A stretch of 64,000 nt of DNA, taken from the NCBI GenBank assembly GCA_045636605.1, contig JAZTXV010000022.1, positions 9,883 through 73,882 on the forward strand. The letters are read 5' to 3'. Every line of letters begins with the position of its first letter. The first letter of the stretch is position 1. Shown one piece after another: positions 50,954 to 61,317 of this stretch. The DNA comes from Eubacteriales bacterium. Its GTDB lineage: Bacteria; Bacillota; Clostridia; Oscillospirales; CAG-272. The notes under the pieces are model-generated. The model saw nothing but the letters and a program-made list of their open reading frames with translations, ran no database searches and was not told the origin of the DNA. Made by a program: the position numbers and the translations under genes.

Positions 50954-53833
50954 ATGAACTTCAGACAATCAACCACACAGCACGCAGAGCAAAAATACAC
51001 AAAAATGCTTGACAGAGCAACACCCTCGCCCTACACCAAGGGCGTCGTCGTTGACTCGAGTGGCACATATAGCTCAAAGCGTGACTCATACTATAGCCGC
51101 CTTTCTCGTGAAAAAAATGAATTCAACAAGGCCCTAAAAGAGGTAAAGGACGCAGAGGCGGCTCGCCTTGGCGCTGAAAACGAAAGGCTTGAAGCGGCGG
51201 CAAGGGCAAAATACAGGATTTTCAAGACATTAAAAATCCTTACATTTTTGCTTCCGATTTTAATGGCGGCTATCACGGGAGTTGAGATTTTCTCCCAAAA
51301 AGCTCTTTTTGATCAAATGACAGATGTACCCTATATTTTCTTCTGGGTAGTATTTTCTCTTGTGTCGCTTATTGCATCAATCAGGCTTATTACCTCACTC
51401 AACAACAATCAAATCTACTATAACAGAAATCACATATCCGAAAGCGCAAAATACACCACCCTTGCGATAGTCACAACGGCTGTCGTTTTGGGAATACTTA
51501 TATTCTTCTTCTCGCTTACAGGCTCAATTTTGCCACAAAAGCACGATTTCGTGTTCGTGGAAAGAGGCGGAGAATACTACCTCACAGGCTACACGGGAAA
51601 CAGCCCGCTTTTAGTCTTGCCCGAGGATTACGAGGGACAATCCTACCGTATCGCTGAAGGCGCATTCCAGGATCTTGACGAGGCAACAAGCGTCAGAATT
51701 CCGGAAAAGGTGCTTTCAATCGACAACGATGCCTTCGACGGCTGTAATCTTACGAGCATAACAATTCTCAACAAGGATATCGAGCTCAGAGGAAGCCGCG
51801 CCTTTGGCGATTCCTACGATAACAAAAATATTGAATACATCGAAGCGCCCACGCAGGTGTTGAGCCAGCTCCATCTTGGCAACGCACTCAAAACGGCAAT
51901 TGTTACCGGTGGCGAAACCGTTCCCGCAAACGCCTTCAAAAGCTGCTACTCAATAGAAACACTTAAGATTGCAAGCAGTGTAACCTTGCTCGAGGCAGGC
52001 GCATTCAACACAAGCCTTGCTCCCACTCACATCGACGTTCCGGCATATGCGCTTAAAATTATAGGCTCAAAGAATTTTGAAACCGTAGTTATAAACACGG
52101 GATATAACATTCTTGACAATTCCTTTTCGGGCGCATCCAAGCTTACAAGCGTAAAGCTTCCAAACACACTGCAAACAATAGGCGAAAAGGCGTTCTATAA
52201 CTGCACCTCTCTTACAAGCGTGGAAATCCCAAGCGGAGTAATCTCGATTGGCGCAAACGCATTCTACAACTGCCCAATCGAAAGCATAAGCATTCCAAAC
52301 GGAGTAACCGTTATACCCGAGCAGGCATTTGCAGGCACCGCTCTTAAAGCGGTGGAGATTCCCGAGAGCGTAACCGAAATCGGCACGTATGCGTTTAGCG
52401 ATTGCACCGCTCTTAAAACGGTAGAAATTTCCGAGGGCGTAACCGACATCGGCACGTATGCGTTTAGCAATTGCACCTCTCTTGAAAGTGTAAGCATTCC
52501 GTCCACGATGACAAAAATCAATGAAAGAGCCTTCAAAAACTGCTCCTCACTTAAGAGCATAGAAATTCCCAAGAATGTAACCGAAATTGGCTCATCTGCC
52601 TTCTACGGCTGCAGCTCACTTACAAGCGTTGTCGTTCCCGAGTCCGTAACTGCAATTGGATACGGTGCCTTCTGTGGCTGCAATTCTCTTGTGGAAATAA
52701 CACTTCCGTTCATCGGAAAAGATTATTCTCCCGCCGAGGTGCGTTGGACTACCTTCGGTTACATATTCGGCGACAAGGATGATGACGGCTATATGTCCTC
52801 ATCATACAGCAGCACCTATAAAACAAGCGATTCAAGCGAATATACAACTCAAAACGGTTATTACTTCTATATCCCCGATTCGCTCAAAAAGGTAACGATA
52901 ACAAATCAGTCAACCGTGTGTGATTATGCCTTTGCAAACTGCGATTTGATTGAAACCATCGAATATTCAAACGACATAACCTCACTTGGCAAATACGCAT
53001 TCTCAAATTGCGGCTCTATTGAGCAAATCCCCGATCTTAAAATAACATCAATCCCCGAAAGGGCATTCTCTGCGTGCTACGCTCTTACAAGCATAGAAAT
53101 CCCCGAGGACATAACCGAAATCGGCACGTATGCGTTTAGCGATTGCAGCACCCTTACAAGCATAGTATTGCCCGTGTCATTGGGAAAAATATACTCTTAC
53201 GCCTTTAGCAACTGCACGTCACTTGAAAGCCTCGTAATTCCAAAAAATGTAACAGAAATAGGAACAGGCGCATTCTCGGGCTGCACAGCTGTTACGGAGA
53301 TTGCCTTCAATGCATCAACAATGAACGACCTAAAAAGCTCCAACTACGTATTTTACAACGTTGGAAAGGAAGCGGACGGAATAAAGCTTACAATAGGCAA
53401 TAGCGTAACAAAAATTCCGGCATATCTGTTCTACCCATACAGTAGCTCATCATATGCTCCGAAAATAACGAGTGTTTCCTTTGAGCAGAACAGCGTATGT
53501 CAGAGCATAGGAAATTACGCCTTTAACTGTTGCTCATCGCTTGTGAGCATAGTATTCCCAACCTCGCTCACCGAGATAGGCTATGCGGCATTTACGAGCT
53601 GCACATCTCTTACAACGATAGATATTCCAAGCAGCGTAAAATACATCGGCGCATACGCATTCCAGGCCTGCTCATCTCTTACAACTGCAATCTTTGCAGT
53701 ACCAAGCGGATGGTTCCGTACGTCAAGCAGCACAGCGACAAGTGGAACGGTTATCAATAACCTCGGCAATACCTCAACTGCTGCACAATACCTAAAATCA
53801 ACCTATTACAACTACTACTGGAAGCGCAGCTGA
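50954..53833 (+). CDS. Membrane protein: shared N-terminal domain, 3 TM, BspA-type LRR_5 array
   Basis: Many L.S..IP.SVT.IG..AF..C repeats. Confidence 0.88.
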   Translation: MNFRQSTTQHAEQKYTKMLDRATPSPYTKGVVVDSSGTYSSKRDSYYSRLSREKNEFNKALKEVKDAEAARLGAENERLEAAARAKYRIFKTLKILTFLLPILMAAITGVEIFSQKALFDQMTDVPYIFFWVVFSLVSLIASIRLITSLNNNQIYYNRNHISESAKYTTLAIVTTAVVLGILIFFFSLTGSILPQKHDFVFVERGGEYYLTGYTGNSPLLVLPEDYEGQSYRIAEGAFQDLDEATSVRIPEKVLSIDNDAFDGCNLTSITILNKDIELRGSRAFGDSYDNKNIEYIEAPTQVLSQLHLGNALKTAIVTGGETVPANAFKSCYSIETLKIASSVTLLEAGAFNTSLAPTHIDVPAYALKIIGSKNFETVVINTGYNILDNSFSGASKLTSVKLPNTLQTIGEKAFYNCTSLTSVEIPSGVISIGANAFYNCPIESISIPNGVTVIPEQAFAGTALKAVEIPESVTEIGTYAFSDCTALKTVEISEGVTDIGTYAFSNCTSLESVSIPSTMTKINERAFKNCSSLKSIEIPKNVTEIGSSAFYGCSSLTSVVVPESVTAIGYGAFCGCNSLVEITLPFIGKDYSPAEVRWTTFGYIFGDKDDDGYMSSSYSSTYKTSDSSEYTTQNGYYFYIPDSLKKVTITNQSTVCDYAFANCDLIETIEYSNDITSLGKYAFSNCGSIEQIPDLKITSIPERAFSACYALTSIEIPEDITEIGTYAFSDCSTLTSIVLPVSLGKIYSYAFSNCTSLESLVIPKNVTEIGTGAFSGCTAVTEIAFNASTMNDLKSSNYVFYNVGKEADGIKLTIGNSVTKIPAYLFYPYSSSSYAPKITSVSFEQNSVCQSIGNYAFNCCSSLVSIVFPTSLTEIGYAAFTSCTSLTTIDIPSSVKYIGAYAFQACSSLTTAIFAVPSGWFRTSSSTATSGTVINNLGNTSTAAQYLKSTYYNYYWKRS

Positions 53834-53985
53834 CCTTGAATTAAAGCAAGTCAAAGGCCAAGCAAAAAACCTAAGCGAATTTGAAATCGCAGGAACATAT
53901 TTAGGAAAGAACCGGCGAGCATGAGCAGATTGGTCGGGAGCTTCGTAAATGGCGTTGCTACAAAAACAAACACAAGGAACAAACA

Positions 53986-54810
53986 ATGAATTTTGGACAG
54001 TCAATCCTAAAACACACAGAGAAAAAATATACCGATATGCTAAGCAGAGCAACACCCTCGCCCTATACCAAGAGCGAGAGTGTTGACTCAAGTAATCCGT
54101 ATAGCTCTAAGCGTGATGCATACTACAATCGCCTCGCTCGTGAAAGACGGGAGTTCAACGGTGCGCTTGATACGATTTTAGACACAGAGGACGCTCGTTT
54201 AAGAGAAGAAAGAAATCTAAAGGAAAGAAAGCGCCGCGACCGTCGCCGTGCAAGGAAAGTAAACCTTCCGTTTATTCTGTCAATTATTCTTTCCCTTGCC
54301 GTGACCTTTGTGGTTGTGCCTCTCGAGGCATACGCCTGGGTGGCAGAAACGCTCATACCCTCGGCTTCACTTGCAAATTTCTTTAACACCGGGCCAAACG
54401 GAGAGGGAATTCTCGCATTACAACTAACCCTTGCGCTATTTTTGATAAGCTTGCTAATAGCAATAATTATCATGATAAAAAAAGAGGGATTTTTGGCTTT
54501 CTTGGGGTTCATTTGGACAAGCTTTTTAGTGCTTTTGTTCCTTGGCTCAATCATTTTGGGAATTCTGTTCTGCGTATTTAGATTTTTGGTATTTTTGATT
54601 TCGTACGTATCGTTTGCACTTGTCAGCTCTGTTGCCCCGTTGGCGCTCGGAGTGGCATCGATCACCCTTATGATAATATACGGCAGGGGAATGGAGCTTA
54701 AGCGCAACAAGGCTAAGACCGCTATAAAAATCGTGGCAGGCGTTTTGATAGCCGTAGTTCTTTTCGGCTTGGCAGACAGCGCAATGCCATACTATTACTC
54801 AATTTTCTAA
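53986..54810 (+). CDS. Membrane protein: shared N-terminal domain plus ~5 TM helices
   Basis: N-terminus clearly similar to 50954, then hydrophobic segments only. Confidence 0.8.
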   Translation: MNFGQSILKHTEKKYTDMLSRATPSPYTKSESVDSSNPYSSKRDAYYNRLARERREFNGALDTILDTEDARLREERNLKERKRRDRRRARKVNLPFILSIILSLAVTFVVVPLEAYAWVAETLIPSASLANFFNTGPNGEGILALQLTLALFLISLLIAIIIMIKKEGFLAFLGFIWTSFLVLLFLGSIILGILFCVFRFLVFLISYVSFALVSSVAPLALGVASITLMIIYGRGMELKRNKAKTAIKIVAGVLIAVVLFGLADSAMPYYYSIF

Positions 54811-54822
54811 TAGCTAAAAAAT

Positions 54823-54853
54823 AAAACGGACTGCCGTCGGGCAGTCCGTTTTT
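54823..54853 (+). terminator. Terminator ending the FtsK/WXG-like operon
   Basis: AAAACGGACTGCC/GGCAGTCCGTTTTT. Confidence 0.85.
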
Positions 54854-54956
54854 GAATCCCCTGTGCTCAAATTCCAACTAACTATTGCGACACGATGGTT
54901 TTTGTGCTATACTATAATTGTATATATTATATTAAGGAAGAAAGTGCGGCCGAAAA

Positions 54957-57032
54957 ATGATAATAAACGATAACGAAATTTACGAAAAGGCGCAAAAAAT
55001 AATAAATGAGCTTTTTGGCGAGGGTGCAGCCTTCCGAGAGGGACAATACGAGGCAATCGAGGCGACAATGACAAGACCTCGCACACTCGTCGTTCAACGC
55101 ACGGGCTGGGGAAAGAGCCTCGTCTATTTTGCCTGCACCAAGCTTCTTCGCCAAGGAGGCGAGGGCATAACGGTCGTTATCAGTCCGCTTCTTGTGCTAA
55201 TGCAAAATCAACTTGAGGCGGCCAAGGCACTCGGCCTTAGGTGCGAGGTGCTAAACAAAACAAGCATTGAGCGCCACGCAGAAATCCTCAAAAAAATCAA
55301 GCGCCAAGAGCTTGATATAGTCCTCATAACCCCCGAAACGCTTTTCAAGGACGAGATTTTATCCGAGATAAAAAACGCAAAAATCGGACTTTTCGTCATT
55401 GACGAGGCGCACTGTATCTCCGATTGGGGACACGATTTCAGAGTGGAATACAGTCGCTTGCGAGAGGTTATATCACAGCTTGATCCCGAAATCCATATTC
55501 TTGCAACCACCGCCACGGCAAACAACAGAGTTGTCGAGGACTTGACGGCGCAGCTCGGAGATGACGTTTACGTTTCCAGAGGCCCGCTTACAAGGCAAAC
55601 ACTTTCAATTCAGGTGCTTAATATGCCGTCGAGAGCGCAAAGATATGGCTGGATTTTGGAAAACATAGGCAAGCTCGAGGGTAGCGGAATAATCTATTGT
55701 CTGACTAAAAGAGATTGCCAGAGCCTTGCCGATTTCTTGACAAGGAACGGCGTGAGCGTTATGCCCTATTATTCCGAAAAGGGCTTGGAGGAGCGCAACG
55801 CCGAGGCGGAGCGTGCTTTTAAAAATAACGAAATCAAGGCACTTGTAGCTACAATCAAGCTCGGCATGGGCTATGATAAGGGCGATATTTCCTTCGTCAT
55901 ACACTACCAAATGCCGTCAAGCATCGTATCATACTATCAGCAAATCGGCAGAGCGGGCAGAAGCATAGATAACGCAAATGTCTTTCTTATGTACGGCAAG
56001 GAGGATATGACGATTGTAAACTACTTTATAGACGTCATATTCCCATCAAGAGAGGACGCATACGGTATTTTCGATCTGATTTGTCAATCAAACGGAATAA
56101 AAATAAGAGCTATTGAGGCATCGCTCAACATAACCAAAAGACGAATAGAGCGCACGGTTGAATTTCTCGAGAGTCAGGGAGTTATCGAGGTGCGCTCAGG
56201 TAAATATTTTGCCACCGGTAAGGAGCTTTTTTATGACGGGGAAAGGTACGAAAAAATCCTTGCCCTTCGTCGCTTCGAGGCAAGACAAATGTATGATTTG
56301 TCAACACAGAACGGTTGCCTTAGCAGGTATATTGTCAACGCAATCGACGATTTTAGCGCCACTGACTGTGGCAGATGCACAAGCTGCACGGGCAGACTGA
56401 TTTTGCCCGATACCGTATCGGCTGAATATGAGCAAAGGGGCGCAGATTATATAAATCACCTAATCCACACCATAGCGCCACGCAAGATGTGGCCGTCGCT
56501 TGAGGAGCTTCCCGCATCAAAAATAGAGTATGTAAACGAGTGCGGAATTTGCCTTTGCCAATATGGAGAGGTTGGATACGGGGCTCTTGTGAAGCGGGCA
56601 ATCGAGTGTGGCGAGCGCATAAGCGACGAGGTCATAGCAAGAGCCGTAGAGCTTCTTTTGCCGTTGATTGCCGAAAATAACATAAAATATCTCACCGTCG
56701 TTCCCTCGTCAAGGCAGTCACAGCTGCTTGATGCGGCAGAGCGAATTTGCGCCGCCTGCTCCATTACCTTAGTGGAGCTTCTTGAAAAGAAGCCCTCGCC
56801 GACTCAGTCGCAAATGGAAAACGGCGCACATAAGTGTGCAAATGCACTCGGCGCATATTCTGTCAGAGACGATATATGCCGAAAAACAGACACATCACAG
56901 GGTATAATCCTGCTTGACGATACGGTAAGCTCCCGTTGGACAATGACCGTGTGCGGATATAGGCTTATGCAAAACGGTGTGCCGAGAGTTTTCCCTGTCG
57001 CACTTGCCGATACGAGCGAGAGCGAGCAGTAA
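54957..57032 (+). CDS. RecQ-family helicase with C-terminal PRTase/ComF-like domain (RqlH-like)
   Basis: QRTGWGKS, DEAHCISDWGHDFR, GMGYDK, YYQQIGRAGR, CGRCTSC; C-terminal ILLDDTVSSRWT. Confidence 0.88.
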   Translation: MIINDNEIYEKAQKIINELFGEGAAFREGQYEAIEATMTRPRTLVVQRTGWGKSLVYFACTKLLRQGGEGITVVISPLLVLMQNQLEAAKALGLRCEVLNKTSIERHAEILKKIKRQELDIVLITPETLFKDEILSEIKNAKIGLFVIDEAHCISDWGHDFRVEYSRLREVISQLDPEIHILATTATANNRVVEDLTAQLGDDVYVSRGPLTRQTLSIQVLNMPSRAQRYGWILENIGKLEGSGIIYCLTKRDCQSLADFLTRNGVSVMPYYSEKGLEERNAEAERAFKNNEIKALVATIKLGMGYDKGDISFVIHYQMPSSIVSYYQQIGRAGRSIDNANVFLMYGKEDMTIVNYFIDVIFPSREDAYGIFDLICQSNGIKIRAIEASLNITKRRIERTVEFLESQGVIEVRSGKYFATGKELFYDGERYEKILALRRFEARQMYDLSTQNGCLSRYIVNAIDDFSATDCGRCTSCTGRLILPDTVSAEYEQRGADYINHLIHTIAPRKMWPSLEELPASKIEYVNECGICLCQYGEVGYGALVKRAIECGERISDEVIARAVELLLPLIAENNIKYLTVVPSSRQSQLLDAAERICAACSITLVELLEKKPSPTQSQMENGAHKCANALGAYSVRDDICRKTDTSQGIILLDDTVSSRWTMTVCGYRLMQNGVPRVFPVALADTSESEQ

Positions 57033-57079
57033 AATCAAACGAAAAGCCCAAAAGACTGAAGGGGGGAAAGGAAGTCCAA

Positions 57080-58216
57080 ATGAGATTTGTCCATCTGTCC
57101 GATTTGCATATCGGTAAGAGAGTAAACGAGATGTCAATGCTTGATGACCAGGCATACATTCTCAAAAAAATATTGTCAATAATAGACCAGACGTCGCCCC
57201 ACGCCGTAGTTATAGCGGGGGATGTGTACGATAAAAGCGTTCCAAGCGCCGAAGCAGTGGCTCTTTTTGACGATTTTCTTGTCAGCCTGGCAAAAAGACG
57301 CCTTCAGGTGTTCATAATCAGCGGAAATCACGATTCTGCCGAGCGACTTGCCTTCGCATCAAGAATTATAGATGTAAGCGGAATACACATCTGTCCTGTA
57401 TATAGCGGAGAAATACATCCTATAACCCTTGCCGACTATCACGGCGAGGTGGATGTGTGGATGCTCCCGTTTGTCAAGCCGGCGCACGTTCGTCGCTACT
57501 GTGACGCACAAATTGACACCTATACGGATGCAATCCGTGAGTGCATAGCTCAAATGGCGCTTGACACAAGTAAAAGAAATGTTTTGATTACCCACCAATT
57601 CGTCACAGGCGCAAGCCGAACGGAAAGCGAGGAAATCTCCGTTGGTGGCACAGACAACGTTGATGCATCCGTTTTAGAGGTGTTTGATTATGTGGCGCTC
57701 GGTCACATTCACCGCCCCCAAGCCTGCGGAAGCGAAAAAATCAGATATTGCGGCACTCCTCTGAAATATTCGTTCAGCGAGGCGGGCGACAAAAAGTCCG
57801 TCACTGTGGTCGATATTGGCATCAAGGGTGAGCTTAAAATAGACACAGTCCCCCTCGTTCCGCTTCACGATATGGTGGAGCTCAGAGGAAAATATGACGA
57901 GCTTATGCTAAGGAGCTTCTATGAGGGCACGAGCTACACCGAGGACTACACCCACATAACCTTGACCGATGAGGAGGATGTGCCTGATGCCATATCTAAG
58001 CTGAGGGTTGTGTATAAGGGGCTTATGCGACTTGATTACGATAACACAAGGACACGCACAAGCGCACAAATAGATGCCTCGACCGATGTCGAGAAAAAAT
58101 CCCCCGCACAGCTTTTTGCAGAGCTTTACGAGGCGCAAAACGGCAAGGAGCTTACCCCCGAGCAGAGCGCGCTTCTTGCGGACATGATTGAAAAAATATG
58201 GGAGGGCGACAAATGA
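57080..58216 (+). CDS. sbcD: Exonuclease SbcCD subunit D
   Basis: HLSDLHIG, IAGDVYD, GNHDS, LGHIH, GTPLKYSFSE. Confidence 0.96.
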   Translation: MRFVHLSDLHIGKRVNEMSMLDDQAYILKKILSIIDQTSPHAVVIAGDVYDKSVPSAEAVALFDDFLVSLAKRRLQVFIISGNHDSAERLAFASRIIDVSGIHICPVYSGEIHPITLADYHGEVDVWMLPFVKPAHVRRYCDAQIDTYTDAIRECIAQMALDTSKRNVLITHQFVTGASRTESEEISVGGTDNVDASVLEVFDYVALGHIHRPQACGSEKIRYCGTPLKYSFSEAGDKKSVTVVDIGIKGELKIDTVPLVPLHDMVELRGKYDELMLRSFYEGTSYTEDYTHITLTDEEDVPDAISKLRVVYKGLMRLDYDNTRTRTSAQIDASTDVEKKSPAQLFAELYEAQNGKELTPEQSALLADMIEKIWEGDK

Positions 58217-60975
58217 GACCGATAACTCTTACAATGTCGGCCTTCGGGCCATATGCCGACAGGGTGGTCGTGGAGCTTGATAAGCTTGGAGAAAGCGGAG
58301 TATACCTTATAACAGGCGACACAGGTGCGGGCAAAACCACTATTTTTGACGGAATAATATACGCCCTTTACGGTGAGCCGAGCGGAAATAACCGTGACGA
58401 TAAGATGCTTCGCTCAAGATACGCATCCCCCGAGACGCCCACCGAGGTGGAGCTTGTCTTTGAATGTAGAGCAAAAGCATACAAGGTGTGGCGCTCCCCC
58501 GAATACGAAAGACCGAAGGCAAGAGGTGAGGGCACGACAAAGCACGCAACAGAGGCGTGTCTTACTATGCCGGACGGCTCGGTTATTACAAAAATCGCAG
58601 ACGTTACCGCCCAAATAGAGCAAATAATCGGCATCAACCGAGAGCAGTTTATGCAGATTGCAATGATTGCGCAGGGAGATTTTTTGAAGCTTCTTTTCGC
58701 ATCCACAAAGGAAAGAATAGAAATATTTAGGCATCTGTTCAAAACAGAGCCGTACAGACAGCTTCAGGAAAAGCTCAAAGAGCTGAAGGGAGCCCTTGAT
58801 GCAAAATGCACCGAGGCACGCAGAAGCATAGAGCAGTATATTGGCGAAATTATGGTTGATGGGGACAGTGCGCTGTCAGTTCTGCTTTCGAGCGCCAAAA
58901 ACGGAGAAATGCCCGTTTGCGAGATAATCGAGCTCATTCACCGAATTCTAAGTGAGGATGCCGATGCGTCGGGGCGCTTAAGCGAGCAAATGACAGAGCT
59001 TGAAGCGAGCCTTGATACAGTAAAAAAAGCGCTCGCAATAATTGAAACGCAAAGAAAAAATACCCTTGAGCTTAAGGCGACATCTGAGCTGATTGACATC
59101 AAGACAGCCCGCCTCGTTACATTGAAGACAACGCTTGACGAGGCTATGAAGGGAAAAACGGCTCTTGAGGCGCTTTCGAGGGAAATTACAACAATCGAAA
59201 ATGACCTGCCAAAGTACACCGAGCTTTCCGCCGAGAAGAGCGAGCTCGAAGCAATTTTCGGCGAGATTGAGAGCAGGAGTGCCAAAAAAATAAAGGCGCA
59301 AAATCAAAGGGACAAGCTCACGGCAGATATTGCCACCCTTACAGCCGAGGCCGAAGATACGCAGAGCATACCTCAGAAAAAGCAGGAGCTGATAGGACAA
59401 AGGGCAGAGCTTGTAGCTCAAAAAACGACACTCCGTGACATTTTGGACAAGCTTGATGCTCTTGAAAAAGAGATTGAAGCGCTGACGAAGGCACAGAAAA
59501 AATTTCTCGAGCTCCAAAGAATTTACCTTGAAGCAGACGAGGAGTACAAAAGAAAGCACTCCGCATTTTTGCGTGAGCAGGCGGGAATATTGGCGCTTGG
59601 CTTAGAGGATGGTATGCCGTGTCCTGTGTGTGGCTCCCTCTCTCATCCGAAAAAGGCGACCACATCTGAGGGTGCGCCGAGCGAGGCGGAGCTTAATCTT
59701 TTGGAAAAGCGCCTTAACGAGGAAAGGGATAATGCACAGGCATCATCAAAGACCGCCGCCGAGCAGAAAAGAACGGTTGAGCTTTTGGAGGCGGATGTTA
59801 TAAAGGCGCTCGCCACTCTCTCAATTAACAAAATAGAGGGCGCCGCCGACAAGCTTTTTGCTATGATGCAGGAGCTTGATGCCAAGATTGCAGATACAGA
59901 TGCGCTAATTTCGGAGTGCGACAGTAAAATTAAACGTCTTGAGCAGATAAGGGAGCTTCTTCCCAAGCTTCAAGGTGAGCTTGAAATGTCAAGGGAGCAA
60001 ATATCGGCTCTTGAAGCGCAAATAAGCGCTCTTGAGGCAAAAAAACAGAGCGCAATCAAAAGAATTGCTTCGTTATCGTCAGCTCTTAAGCTTGAAAGCG
60101 AAGCACTTGCGAGGGCAAGGATTGACGAGCTTAGAGAGAGCGCAAAAAAAATAACAGAGCAAATCGACAACGCAACCGAGGCATACCTTGAGTGCGAAAG
60201 AGAAATTACTGCGCTTAAGGCGAAAATTGAGGAGCTTACAAGACAGCTTCGGGATTCTCGTGATATTGACGAGGATGCAGAGCTTGCTAAAAAGGCAGAG
60301 CTTGAAGCACAAAGGATAGCCCTTGTCGAGAAATCAACGCAAATCAGTGTTCGTCTTGAAACCAACAGACGACTCCTTTCGGAGATTGAAAAACGCTCGC
60401 ACGAGCTGATTTCGCTCGAGGAGGAGTACCAAATGGTAAGGTCGCTTTCCGACACGGCAAACGGCTCGCTCTCGGGTAAGGAAAAAATAATGCTCGAAAC
60501 CTATATTCAAATGACCTATTTTGACAGAATAATCGTTCGTGCCAATCGCCGTCTTATGATAATGTCGGCAGGTCAATACGAGCTTAAGCGTCGCCGTGAC
60601 GGAACCAAAAACAAGCAGGGCGGACTTGACCTTGATGTAATCGACCACTATAACGGCACGCACCGTGATGTAAAATCACTTTCGGGCGGAGAATCCTTTA
60701 AGGCGTCGCTTTCCTTGGCGCTCGGACTCTCAGATGAAATACAGTCAACCTCGGGTGGCGTAAGACTTGATACAATGTTCGTTGACGAGGGCTTCGGCTC
60801 ACTTGACGAGGAGTCACTCGAGCAGGCTATGAGGGCGCTTTACAGTCTTGCAGACGGCAAGCGTCTTGTCGGAATAATATCTCACGTAAGAGAGCTGAAG
60901 GAGAAAATAGGCAAGCAAATTATTGTTACCAAATCCAAGACCTCGGGCAGCTCCGTGAAAATAGTCACAGATTGA
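58213..60975 (+). CDS. sbcC: Exonuclease SbcCD subunit C (SMC-like ATPase)
   Basis: [19 protein letters not shown] zinc hook, [14 protein letters not shown]. Confidence 0.96.
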   Translation: MRPITLTMSAFGPYADRVVVELDKLGESGVYLITGDTGAGKTTIFDGIIYALYGEPSGNNRDDKMLRSRYASPETPTEVELVFECRAKAYKVWRSPEYERPKARGEGTTKHATEACLTMPDGSVITKIADVTAQIEQIIGINREQFMQIAMIAQGDFLKLLFASTKERIEIFRHLFKTEPYRQLQEKLKELKGALDAKCTEARRSIEQYIGEIMVDGDSALSVLLSSAKNGEMPVCEIIELIHRILSEDADASGRLSEQMTELEASLDTVKKALAIIETQRKNTLELKATSELIDIKTARLVTLKTTLDEAMKGKTALEALSREITTIENDLPKYTELSAEKSELEAIFGEIESRSAKKIKAQNQRDKLTADIATLTAEAEDTQSIPQKKQELIGQRAELVAQKTTLRDILDKLDALEKEIEALTKAQKKFLELQRIYLEADEEYKRKHSAFLREQAGILALGLEDGMPCPVCGSLSHPKKATTSEGAPSEAELNLLEKRLNEERDNAQASSKTAAEQKRTVELLEADVIKALATLSINKIEGAADKLFAMMQELDAKIADTDALISECDSKIKRLEQIRELLPKLQGELEMSREQISALEAQISALEAKKQSAIKRIASLSSALKLESEALARARIDELRESAKKITEQIDNATEAYLECEREITALKAKIEELTRQLRDSRDIDEDAELAKKAELEAQRIALVEKSTQISVRLETNRRLLSEIEKRSHELISLEEEYQMVRSLSDTANGSLSGKEKIMLETYIQMTYFDRIIVRANRRLMIMSAGQYELKRRRDGTKNKQGGLDLDVIDHYNGTHRDVKSLSGGESFKASLSLALGLSDEIQSTSGGVRLDTMFVDEGFGSLDEESLEQAMRALYSLADGKRLVGIISHVRELKEKIGKQIIVTKSKTSGSSVKIVTD

Positions 60976-60994
60976 TTTTTATCCTTCAAAAATG

Positions 60995-61023
60995 AAAAAC
61001 AGCCACATATGTGGCTGTTTTTT
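60995..61023. terminator. Bidirectional terminator
   Basis: AAAAACAGCCACA/TGTGGCTGTTTTT. Confidence 0.85.
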
Positions 61024-61078
61024 GCTTGATTGTAAAAGCTTCCCTTGCGAGAAATCATTGACGGTAAAAGCTATTAGC

Positions 61079-61234
61079 TTATTGCTCTGAGAAGTTATCC
61101 TTGCCAACTCCGCAAAGAGGGCATTCGAAGTCATCGGGAAGGTCCTCGAATTTTGTTCCGGGCTCAATTCCGTACTCGGGAGCGCCTTCCTGCTCGTCGT
61201 ATTCCCAACCGCATACATCGCATACGTATTTCAT
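61079..61234 (-). CDS. rub: Rubredoxin (51 aa; not in the supplied ORF track)
   Basis: Hand translation [51 protein letters not shown]; RBS AAGGAGGA. Confidence 0.95.
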   Translation of the reverse strand: MKYVCDVCGWEYDEQEGAPEYGIEPGTKFEDLPDDFECPLCGVGKDNFSEQ

Positions 61235-61317
61235 AGTGTATATCCTCCTTTTAAAATGATGTGTTATTCTTCAGATGTCGCACAAATGCACAGCGCCTGA
61301 TTTTACTGAAAATAAAA

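Noticed and set aside
52140-53700. Repeated DNA such as ACCGAAATCGGCACGTATGCGTTTAGC as CRISPR or DGR template/variable repeats
   Set aside because: Explained by LRR unit duplication; no reverse transcriptase and no adenine-specific mismatch pattern seen
32126-54853. ICE or prophage
   Set aside because: No integrase, relaxase, phage structural genes or att repeats recognised
60979-61218. 79-aa minus-strand ORF in the track
   Set aside because: Out-of-frame shadow of the real rubredoxin gene (61079-61234)
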